Assembly: GCA_002269645.1 (NCBI GenBank)
Contig: NIVC01002721.1
Span: forward strand, 62,001 to 126,000
Direction: 5' to 3'
From: Macrostomum lignano
Lineage: Eukaryota
DNA length: 64,000 nucleotides
In this document: positions 47,258-57,140 of the stretch, in pieces
Layout: the number at the start of each line of letters is the position of its first letter
How positions within the stretch are numbered: the first letter of the stretch is position 1
Notes under the pieces: generated by a model
Seen by the model: the letters and a program-made list of their open reading frames with translations, nothing else
Database searches by the model: none
What the model was told of the DNA's origin: nothing
Translations under genes and position numbers: made by a program

Positions 47258-48691
47258 CTAGGATTCCGTGTAAATGCGTAGAAGAAATTCCAATCGCTTG
47301 CCATTCAGCGGCGATTCAGTCTGTGGCACCACCGTGTAATCACCTGGCGGCAGGGACACGCGGAACACTACCGAGCGCTGGTTGTCTTCGGGGTGTTGAG
47401 CCACCTGGTACACGGGTCGCCTCAGACAGTTAGCCCCTTTATAGATGTCAACAGCTTTGACAGAGAATCGTCGCTTTTCTAGCGGAATGTTGCGCTGCCC
47501 CGGCTCTTCCAGACTGATCACAACGGTGGCAACTCCGTCCTGATTGCTTCCATCGCAAAAATTCGTCAGGAACGTGTTGTCCTCGAAGAATTCGTCAATT
47601 TTTTGACCTGGATACCACTCTCCGTAGATGTACTTGCCGTTCCACTCGGCTCCCGTCACGCCGTTGTCCAAATTTCTAGCCAAATGCAAAACTGTCAGGA
47701 ACTCGAAGAACTTCATAAAGTCGGACAGCTCCATCCAGTTCTCACCGTCGTCCTGCTTCACTAATCCAGCTAGCTTCATCTGCTCGGGAGTCCACCTGGG
47801 ATCATTGTCGTTCCATTTGCCGCGCCATTCAAATTCGCTTAGCGGCCCCCAGGGATTGCAAATCCGGATCAGATCCACCAGTTTGCCATTGTGCGGGATC
47901 TGCACTGTGCCTGTGACGATGTATTCGTGACCGGACGTCAATCCAAGGCTCTCGAGGTTTTCGCCCAGAATTTCGGTGTGGGTAGCCGCACCAGCGGACA
48001 GTTTTTTTGATAGGCAATACTTAATGTTCTCCAGCACCTTTGCCCCGTCCTCCCGCTTGAATGGGATCAACTCGCACACTCCACCGGTGAGGTCGGCCAT
48101 GGCCTCCAGCTCGAGCCCGCCAATTAGAGACTCATAGCATCCGTGCAGCTTAGCTAGCGCCTTCTCCAACAGGCAGACCCAGTACTCGCCCTCGTGCGCC
48201 GCGGCGTACACAAGCTGGCCGTCCTTGGTCGGCAGCCGATCGTCCACCATGATCTCCACTTCGCGTCCAAATGGTCGGAAGCGGAACCGGAAGGCGCCGC
48301 AGTAACCTGCACCGCTCAGTGTCTGGTCAGGAAGGATGACCTGGGACAGTAGGTCCGGTCTCTGCGTGATGGCAGCAACAGCAGCCAAGATCCAGCAGTT
48401 CTCCAGTTCGCCTTGATTTATATCAAATCGAGAGAAACCATCTTTGACGAACTCCGGGTCAGCGTCGAGTTCTTTAGGTCGCAGCCACTTGTAATTGAGC
48501 TTCTTGTGAGCATAAGTTAGAGAAGTGTCGTCGGCAGGAAATTCCGGATCTTCAAACAGCCTTTTGCTAGCTCGAAGCTCCCGGATTATCTCATTGTTCT
48601 TTTCAACGTTCAGAGTTATAAAATTAGTGGTCGACACTCGAAATTGAGAGCAGCTTGCAGTAGAAGGTCTCCAAAACGCCTCTTGCTGCAT
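47258..48691 (-). CDS. Calpain-family cysteine protease (CysPc plus domain III, no PEF domain), intronless, catalytic triad intact
   Basis: LFEDPEFPA, WLRP, QGELENCW (Cys at 48395-48397), EYWVCLLEKALAKLHGCYESLIGG, GHEY, NPWG, DDGENWM and C-terminal EFLLRIYT. ATG at 48691, downstream of an acceptor near 48721. Confidence 0.92.
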   Translation of the reverse strand: MQQEAFWRPSTASCSQFRVSTTNFITLNVEKNNEIIRELRASKRLFEDPEFPADDTSLTYAHKKLNYKWLRPKELDADPEFVKDGFSRFDINQGELENCWILAAVAAITQRPDLLSQVILPDQTLSGAGYCGAFRFRFRPFGREVEIMVDDRLPTKDGQLVYAAAHEGEYWVCLLEKALAKLHGCYESLIGGLELEAMADLTGGVCELIPFKREDGAKVLENIKYCLSKKLSAGAATHTEILGENLESLGLTSGHEYIVTGTVQIPHNGKLVDLIRICNPWGPLSEFEWRGKWNDNDPRWTPEQMKLAGLVKQDDGENWMELSDFMKFFEFLTVLHLARNLDNGVTGAEWNGKYIYGEWYPGQKIDEFFEDNTFLTNFCDGSNQDGVATVVISLEEPGQRNIPLEKRRFSVKAVDIYKGANCLRRPVYQVAQHPEDNQRSVVFRVSLPPGDYTVVPQTESPLNGKRLEFLLRIYTES

Positions 48692-49339
48692 GACGTTTGC
48701 GAGCAAACTACTAATAAAATCTGTACAAAGATTAGAAAAAGAGAAGATTATCTCTATTCTCTTTTGAATCAGGGCTGGGTCTTCTTGAACCCGAGTTCCA
48801 ACTTATTTGCACATTAAATGGGCAAAAAATATATTTTTCACTGGGCAACCGTATAGTCTATGGAAAAAGTCAATCAATGCTATGCAGTAGAACACACGTC
48901 TGAACCATTTTAAAAATAGCAAAAAACACAAAATATGAACATAAAATAAACGCAGAGCAAATCAAGTTTAGATGGTGTGAATTGATCACATCCCAGATTA
49001 ATGCGAGTATAGATTTATTGATATTGAAGAATACACCAGGTACAATAGTACGACCTACATTGTATAATTGGCTACATTGTATAATTTACCAGCTACGAGT
49101 ATATCTGTTACTGGATAAATTAGCTCTAATGTTAAAGGGCAACTTTATATTTTAACTTTTGCAATAACCTTTGCAATGCACAGACTGTGGAGACTGTGAC
49201 AAAAAACGCAGTTTCGAAAAACCTGCCTAACAAACGAAACCGATTTTGATTCTACGAAGTTAGATTGAACGATTTAAACAAAAGGCGTGCATATAGTCGT
49301 GTATAAACAATATGTATTAGGACGCAAAGGGAAGGCCCC

Positions 49340-50262
49340 TAGCGCGCACGCGCTCGCAGAACAGCTAGGTGGGAGGGGCAGGCAGCAGCAGCCTGAGGGA
49401 TCAGCTCAAGCGCCTGCAGGTCAGCGATGAGGCAGTCCTAAAGGCAGTGGCCCAGCAGCATCTGACGGCGACGGCGCAGGGTATCTCTCAGGGACTTCTA
49501 GCGCGGGCCATCAGAGCGTTGGTCGGCAGGCGCTTCGGGTCCAGGGCTGGCTTTCGCAACTCGGTCAACGGCACAGCCTCCATGCCGTACAGGAGGATCG
49601 GCTCGACGGCCGCGCGGAACAGGCGCACCTTCAGGTCGTCTCCGGCAGCTGAATTGAAGACGTTCCTGAGGAGGTGCGCGGCGCGCCATAGCCTGATTTC
49701 TTCTGTAGGAGACAATCGCATTGGGATTCATTACCAGGGCGCCGAGATACCGCGGAAGTCCTCGCACACCTCGATGCGGTCTCCATTGGGCAGCTTAAGG
49801 GTTGGGACGGTATTCATGCCCACGTGCAGCGCCTCCGTCTTGTGAGCAATTACCAGCAGCCCAACACGGGCGCCCTCGTCGCAGAGCCTTGTGAGAGCTC
49901 GCTGGGCAGCAGCTGGAACGCGGCAGAGCAGTGCGATACGCGAGAGAGGGAAGCGAAACAGCAGGGTGTCTGGAGCTTCGGCGCGTGGACCCAGCAAGTA
50001 GCTGTCATCCTCGCGGAGGGCCCGACGAAGCACGTAGTGCATAACCACGGGGAAGAGCAGAGTAGCCAGCGTGTCGCCCTGAAGGACGCCTGCATGGGCT
50101 GGTGCCGAATTCTTCTGTGAGGCCATCGCTCGACATGACAAAAGCCCTGGAGTCGTGGTAGAGGTCCATCACCACGCTCACCTCGCTCACCACCGCAGCA
50201 TGTACGCCATAATGAGATAGAAGCCACGCCTGGACACCGAGTCAAAGGCCTTGCGATCTAAG
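49340..50262 (-). mobile_element. LINE fragment, RT 3' half, decayed
   Basis: KAFDSVSR and GVLQGDTLATLLFPVVMHYVLR motifs; homologous to the 43-44 kb LINE but diverged. Confidence 0.85.
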
Positions 50263-50264
50263 CG

Positions 50265-51470
50265 CCATCTGAGCGCCTGGGACACCCTCCTTTGCCGGAA
50301 AAGACAGGCGGTTTCACTTCATCTGCGTCTATGCTCCAACGGCTCCCCGGACCAGCGAAGATCCATCCGTGACAGAAGCCCTTTAGGACACTCTGGGCTG
50401 CATGCTTGATTCCATCCCTGCTCGTGACGATCTATCATTGTTGCTGGTGACTTCAACTCGCCATCCAGTTTTATCCAGGCCAGAGATCTGATGGCTGTCA
50501 ATGGCACCATGCGACAGCGCTTCAGCAAGCTTCCAACTTTATTTGGCCCCAACGGGCGAACCACTCGGCTGGACTGGATTTTCTGCCCCGAGGTCCAGGG
50601 TGAGCAGAGTCCTCAACATCCGCCCCGACTGCGTTCAATCTGATCACCGCCTGATGGCATGCGACTTCGATCTGCACTGGCAGAGACTCCCGTCTGCGCC
50701 ACCTCACCCGCTCTGGGCCGACCTGAGACACCCGGACACGCGGCAGGCCTTCCTACTGCTTGCCACTACTCCTGCTCTAGCGCAGTCCTTCGAGTCTTTC
50801 CATCACGCCGTCGAGGATGCTGCAGCGCTTCTCCCACGGAGGCAGGCAAACCCTCCAAAGGCCCTGTGGGACCGCAATCGCATCATCTCCCAGGCAAGGC
50901 GGCATGTGCAGAGCACTGCTGCACTCCACGGCCGTGACAGCAACCAGGCCAGTGCTGCCAGGGACGAGCTGCAGTGCATCTACGCCCAGCGGACTGAAGC
51001 CTGCCTGCATCAAAGAAGCTGTGAGCGAAATCCAACTCGCCACTGACAACTGCCGCCATAGTGCTGCCTGGAGAGCCATCAACCAGCTGACTGGCAGGAA
51101 GCCCAGGCCTAACACCATTGTTGGCGCTGATTCCACCGAGCACCGCAAGGCCCTGCTGGCCACCCACTACCGCGAGGTGCTCAACGCGCCCGCTCCAACT
51201 GCGCCTCTTCTGCCGATCCCAGCTACTTCGCTCCAGCTCAGCCAGGCCCTTCAACACCGGCCCCCATCACCGTAGGCGTAGTTGACCGAGCACTGAGGAC
51301 CATGCGAGCTGATGCTGCCGCTGGGGTGGACGCCGTCCCTCCCAGGGTCCTGAAGCTGCCCGAGCTCACCCCAATCTTCACCAACCTGATGAACAAGCAC
51401 TGCAGCCTTGGAGGCAACGAGGCCGCCTCCTGCCCAGCCTCAACCAGCTGCTGCTGAGCTTCCAAAGCGG
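50265..51470 (+). mobile_element. LINE fragment, APE endonuclease to start of RT, decayed and inverted relative to 49340-50262
   Basis: FICVYAPT, IIVAGDFNS, LDWIF, SDHRLM and AAGVDAVPPRVLK motifs, spread across several frames. Confidence 0.8.
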
Positions 51471-51720
51471 CTTCTGCCCGGACAGGTGGACAGATGAGCA
51501 ATTCACAGTATTCCTTCATCCATGACCGTAGCTACGAGTATGTACATTTTTATTTTTAGCTTTTGTTTAACACGCGAACTTCCATATAGTCTTTGATGTA
51601 AAGCCAGAATGCCAATGGGAAGCGAAACTTGTTAGTCTTAATTAACGAACCCAAAACTTGTGTTTGAAATCAAGATCTTTCATCCCTCGACTTTGTCGTT
51701 TTTCGTTAAAAAGACCAATA

Positions 51721-52305
51721 ATGGTAAGCGCTTTTGCTTCAGTGACAAAACTGTATTGATGCCTGTATGTCTTCATTCATTGACGCAATCAGTTTCAGTT
51801 TCAGGCTCAGCACAAGTTGCTGAAGAGATCAACAATATTTGCTGTCATCGTCATTCATCTATGCTTGATAATTACGCCATCAAACAAAGCCTTAGGCAGA
51901 CGAAGAGATCAAGAAGAGTTGACCTACTGCAAAGGCAAAATGCGCTGGTGGGTCATAGTCAGACAGAGGGTGACACTGTTCGCTAGCAACTTCGGCGGCG
52001 CCAAAGCTTACATGTATTTTAACAGGATTTTGCCTCCCAGTGGCTTACTGCAATGGCACAGTTATGAAATGAGACGCCATGTTGCTCCAAATATGGGCGC
52101 AGATGTGGTGTTCCTGGATAAAAATCACTACATAGTGCCAGCTTATAGCTACTATCGACTGCGTCGAATGGCCAGGCTTCGTAAAGGCTCATTCAACGAG
52201 ATCAATGGTCACCTGCTGCTTGGTAGTCACGTTCACATGTACCATTACATGAGGTACGAATACACTACCGTAGACGGTGGCAGCTGTGGCGACACATTCA
52301 CTTAG
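51721..52305 (+). CDS. Small secreted protein S2 (~167 aa), same family as S1
   Basis: ATG-only first coding exon (51721-51723, donor gtaagc), 81-nt intron, exon 2 51805-52305 in phase 0. Signal-like N-terminus, CKGKMRWW, and MRYEYTTVDGGSC. Confidence 0.7.
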
Positions 52306-53269
52306 TTCTCTGGAGATTGAAGAGCTCAGACCAGCTCGAACTGTCTAAATTTCTTCTGGGAGTCTTTCTTGAGTGCGCTTTGAGTTATTCGCAAAAAATA
52401 CATTTAGTATATGAAAATTCAAAACTTTCAATTTTATTAACTCATTTTTGAGTTTCGATTGTTAATTTTCATTTGATATAAAACGGATCAGTTTGGAGAC
52501 ACTTCGATTTTGTAGCTACTAGTTGTGTCAGACTTTTGCTGATATTTGTAGAGATTCATTAAGTGTTACATTTAGTACTTATAATCTTATTATAGAAATA
52601 AGACCCCGTTTATGTCTTAGTCGAACGTTTTTTTAAGATTCTCTGTAAATTCAAAGCAGAAATTCCAGCCTCTAATTGCAGTTGCCATCTCAATGCGGCG
52701 AACGCAAGGACTACTCTAAGTAACATAGGACTCGAAATCTATAGTAAATGTTTTGAAGGCAACTTCGCCAAAAAATACACTGCAGAGATAGGAGGTTTTA
52801 ATTTTTTCAGCACAAACATTTTTATTGCTTTTGAAAGGAGGCAGATCCAGTGTTCATCTTTTGATATGTTGTGCCTTTCTTATTGCTCTATCGATATTCA
52901 TAAAGCTTTTCGTTCAGAAATAGTTTTAAAGGCAGGTTTCACCGAAAAAATACACTACGGAGATAAGAAATTTCACGATTTTCAACACTAAACCAGAGAT
53001 TGGGTCTCTTAACAGTGTCAGAGAAAGTTCTAATCACACTATTTTGTGCCCCACATGCTGCTCTAACTACGGATTAATCGATTTTTCTTGTTTAATAGGT
53101 CTTGTCATTATTTTAAACGTTTTTTTCAAGTGAATTAGATTTATAATTACTTGCTTAACATGTTGCAGATTGTACTTTTTGTTCGAGAAAATCATTTTTT
53201 TTCTCACAAAGGAGTCGGTATTCTTAATGCTACAGATTCTTACATGTACTGCTTTATTAAATTTGTGCA

Positions 53270-53490
53270 GGATCGAGGTCTGCGGTACCCTGACACAAAG
53301 CCTTCGGCGAATTCATTCAACAAAAGCACTGAATAAATTTTTGCCCATTCCGCTGACTGCTGAGTACACGATCACACGGTGTGTTCAACGGCCCTGACCT
53401 TCTAATCGTCAGGAATGTACACTATACTCTCTGTGGAGACTGGCCCTCATTGTTGTAAAAAGCACGACAACCCCCAGGCGGATGTTGCCC
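53270..53490 (-). mobile_element. Degenerate copy of the SINE family found at 8729-9083
   Basis: Shares ctgcgg-accctgac-caa-g-ctt-gg-ga, aatcgtcagg and ggccctca-tg-tgt-aa--gcacgacaacc blocks with that element. Confidence 0.6.
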
Positions 53491-53830
53491 TCCCCAGCAT
53501 GAACACTTTAAATAAATTATCTTCAGACACTCGTTAGATAAACAATGAAAAAGTAGCATATTTTTCGAGATTTTAAAATTAGAAACTTGCAAACTAGAAT
53601 AAAGTACGGGTCTTTCTAAAAAATGCTGTGATGGTCAGAAGTTGTTGCAAGAAACTGAAATAATGTTATAGCAGTGAGAGCATTCAACTCAAACTATTTG
53701 TTTATGGCATTTCCCTACAAGCAAGATGAAGCAATCGGTTGAAGTTATTTGCTTATAGTTAGATCAAATCGGAAGTTCAAATATTAGGAGACTATTGTCG
53801 TCATAATTAATCTTGGTAGCTTTTAGAAAC

Positions 53831-54316
53831 ATGGCACTGCGATCAAGCAGTTTGCTGCGAGTATTGCTGCTGCTCAGTCAAACATTCAGTTTTGCTTGGC
53901 CCACTGACACCTCAGTCAGGCATTGCAGAACGAATTCGCACTGGTTGAGATTTAACCTCATCAGCCTGGAGCTTTGGCCCGATCCGGCATCAATCTCGGC
54001 GCCAAAGGCGAGCCTGACCTATACAACAGTATTCAAATGGAGCAGCCTTGACGACAAGACCTACCTGAAATTGGAACACCTCCCACTGCCAGATCCAGCC
54101 GAGATCAACGGAGTGTACTATTTTAAGCTGAACCAACGACAATACAGATCGGTCAGAAGAAGTCTCGCCAACTTGACTGTCAGTTACAATTCGATGTCTG
54201 GGCAGGTGAATCGTTACCTGGAGTTCCCGATCGAAATCGGCAGTCAAAGATTTCAAAATTACTGGATTTCAATTATGTACTTTTCGGCATTTGGCGGTGT
54301 ATGTCCTCTCTGTTAA
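53831..54316 (+). CDS. Small secreted protein S3 (161 aa), same family as S1
   Basis: ATG at 53831 just after acceptor ttttag; signal-like MALRSSSLLRVLLLLSQTFSFA, CRTNSHW, and ISIMYFSAFGGVCPLC*. Confidence 0.7.
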   Translation: MALRSSSLLRVLLLLSQTFSFAWPTDTSVRHCRTNSHWLRFNLISLELWPDPASISAPKASLTYTTVFKWSSLDDKTYLKLEHLPLPDPAEINGVYYFKLNQRQYRSVRRSLANLTVSYNSMSGQVNRYLEFPIEIGSQRFQNYWISIMYFSAFGGVCPLC

Positions 54317-54631
54317 TTTTTTTGGGTTAATGCGCTCCATCTCGAGTGCTACTTAAAGTATATGACTTCTTTGCTGCAATCTGTAAACATACAATCGTAT
54401 AGTCAGATATATTAGATATTTATATATATATATATATATACTCGTATAATGTAACATAATATATATTATGTTACAAGTCATTTCACCCCTCCGGGTGGCA
54501 CCAAAATAAATTCACAAAACGTTCATTAAATAAGCTGCCAAGTTCTGAAGAATTTCTAAATAACTTTAGTAGATTAGCAATGCCCTCATAAAGTTTAGCC
54601 ATTGTCTTATTTGTCTGAATGCTTGAAATAT

Positions 54632-54781
54632 TGTAGCGGGTCGCCATCATAAAGCCGAAATATCATAACTCCGAAAACCAAAATAGCGGTTTGCGTTGCT
54701 AACGCTGCCGGAGTTATGATTTTTCGGGTTTATGATATTTCAGGTTTATGGTATTTCGGGTTTATGATGGGCGTTGCTACA
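54632..54781. mobile_element. Short MITE-like inverted repeat
   Basis: TGTAGCGGGTCGCCATCATAAAGCCGAAATA versus the reverse complement of TATTTCGGGTTTATGATGGGCGTTGCTACA; TSD unclear. Confidence 0.5.
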
Positions 54782-55047
54782 TGTATATCGGTATTCGAAG
54801 TTGTGATTTTTCGGGTTTGTGATGCTCCCCATTGTGCTAGTTAAAAATCCATTTTGTTACACAGTCAATAAGCAATATTAAGTGAATATTATTGATAACT
54901 TTAAACATTTAACTATACCTTTACCAGTTTTGTGATGCCGTATGCAGTTAAGCGCTGCGTTACCCTTAGGTTAGCAATAAAGGTTTAGTACAATAGCAGA
55001 ATCTTCAACAGATAAACAAGACAACAGCACTATAACAAAAGTTCACC

Positions 55048-55452
55048 AACACTTTAGTTCCCCAGCACTTTAGTTCCCCAGCACTTTAGTTCCCCAGCAC
55101 TTTAGTTCACCAGCACTTTAGTTCCACAGCAGTTTAGTTCCCCAGCACTTTAGTTCCCCAGCACTTTAGTTCACCAGCAATTTAGTTCACCAGCACTTTA
55201 GTTCACCAGCACTTTAGTTCCCCAGCACTTTAGTTCCCCAGCACTTTAGTTCACCAGCACTTTAGTTCCACAGCAGTTTAGTTCCCCAGCACTTTAGTTC
55301 ACCAACACTTTAGTTCACCAGCACTTAGTTCACCAGCACTTTAGTTCACCAGCACTTTACTTCATCCGCACTTTAGTTCACCAGCACTTTAGTTCACCAG
55401 CACTTTAGTTCACCAAGCACTTTAGTTCACCAGCGCTTTAGTTCTCCAGCAC
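55048..55452. repeat. 16-bp minisatellite (CACTTTAGTTC[A/C]CCAG)n
   Basis: About 25 direct units. Confidence 0.95.
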
Positions 55453-55906
55453 CGATAAACTGAACTGGCTTTGTTGAAATTAAGTTCGACATTTCCCTAC
55501 TTTACTGGAAAACCCATACTTAACGTGTCAAAAGCAAGTAGTGCAAGGAGTGCAAGTAGTGCAAGTCCCAATGCAAATCCAGAGTGAAAAAAAAACACTT
55601 TTGCCAGCATTTCCACCGGTAGATATTCAACATTTATCCGCGCTTTTTGAGATATTGAGCAACACATGAGGATCTGACATGGAGTAGTTCGTATCCAGAT
55701 TTTAGGAAAATCAATGTCTTTGAACCATGAGCTCTATAGCATTGGGACACTCAGATAAAAAGTATCTGGACTTTTTACCATTACGCCATATACTCGTAAT
55801 GGAGCATTGGGGTGGCAAAGTGCCAAAATTACAAAGAAAAAGTCGAAAGCTACCGTCAATAAAATAGTTTTCATTGAAACAGTTAGTTATTTACCTGTTA
55901 GCGCAG

Positions 55907-56611
55907 TTATTTCAAGCAGATTGGACACAAGCCACCTTTTCTTGTATGGTATGTGTAGGACATATTCTTAATGCTTACAGTGTGATAACCAAGAAATATC
56001 TTCACTTTCATTCTGACCACTTGACCGGACCAATCAATCAGCGAGATTCGCGCGTAACTGTCCGCCAGAACAAAGAAAATATTTTTCTTGCCGTTCATAA
56101 ATGTCCGACCATTGAAAGAGCGCTTTTGTTCCAGACGCATTCGCTGCTTGGTGTAGCGCACCAACGTCAGTGTGGAGTGACTGTCGTCGTTCTGATTTGA
56201 AACTTCATAAAACTCCACGTAAGCTGCATCCGTATAGGAAATTTTGGATTTAACGTAGAGAACATGCGCAACGAGCATCCAGTATTCGGTACCATCCTCA
56301 CAGATCTCGTGCCCCAGAACATAACTAGCCGGCAGCAAGATGGACTGAGATACAATGATTGCCACCAGTATACGGAGTATTGTGATCATGGGCGACGACA
56401 TCTGGGTGGATTGGTAAAACAATGGGTGGCTTATTGCCTATGCGCGTGAAGCTTTGAGGTAATGTCAGGCTATTTTAGTACATCGGCATGCGTTTATTGT
56501 CGAGTTTCAGGCTTATGGTAGACTATGGCATGTTGTTGAATCAGTAATACTTGTTAGACTTTGTTCTGAATTTCTATTATTCTGCAACAGACAGAAGAGA
56601 AAACTTACCAT
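55907..56611 (-). CDS. Small secreted protein S4 (~165 aa), same family as S1
   Basis: ATG-only first coding exon (56611-56609, donor gtaagt), 207-nt intron, exon 2 56401-55907 in phase 0. Signal-like N-terminus, CEDGTEYW, and MSYTYHTRKGGLCPICLK*. Confidence 0.7.
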
Positions 56612-56742
56612 CGCAAACAGCGGCACTGACCCTGGGTGTGTCTAAAAAGCCTAAGCATTGCTGATTCCTTAGCGTTGGTTTCTTTTAGAAGTTTACCCAT
56701 AGAACATGTAACTTCAGCGCGTTTTTCCAATCTACTCTAATC

Positions 56743-56960
56743 CATGGATGAATGAATAGAATGGATTGCTATTCTGGCTCTGGCTATTTTCGTTTTTGAC
56801 TCTTTTGCATCCGGTTCCCCACCATTTCGGTTTTCCGCCGAAAATTGTCTATGGCAATCATCAACCAATGAAAAGGCACGGTGGGGAACCGGATGCAAAA
56901 GAGTCAAAAACGAAAATAGCCAGAGCCAGAATAGCAATCCATTCTATTCATTCATCCATG
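56743..56960. mobile_element. 218-bp foldback MITE with 81-bp perfect TIRs
   Basis: Arms 56743-56823 and 56880-56960, 56-bp spacer, and 8-bp TSD CTCTAATC (56735-56742 and 56961-56968). Confidence 0.9.
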
Positions 56961-57140
56961 CTCTAATCTGCTACATGGCAGGTGATTCCTTTAAATTTCA
57001 ATCAAAAGTCTAATTTAAATTATAATTGAAAATGAAACTATAATTTAACAAAAGGCGAAAACTTTATTTTGTAAATGAAGGAACAACTGAGGGAACGTAA
57101 AAGCTAGTTGAAATTCAATCCTTGCTAACAATCCCAAGGA

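Noticed and set aside
53631-53640. ATG|GTCAGA as an ATG-only first exon for S3
   Set aside because: The available acceptors (53818, 53826) would be out of frame; S3 has its own ATG at 53831.
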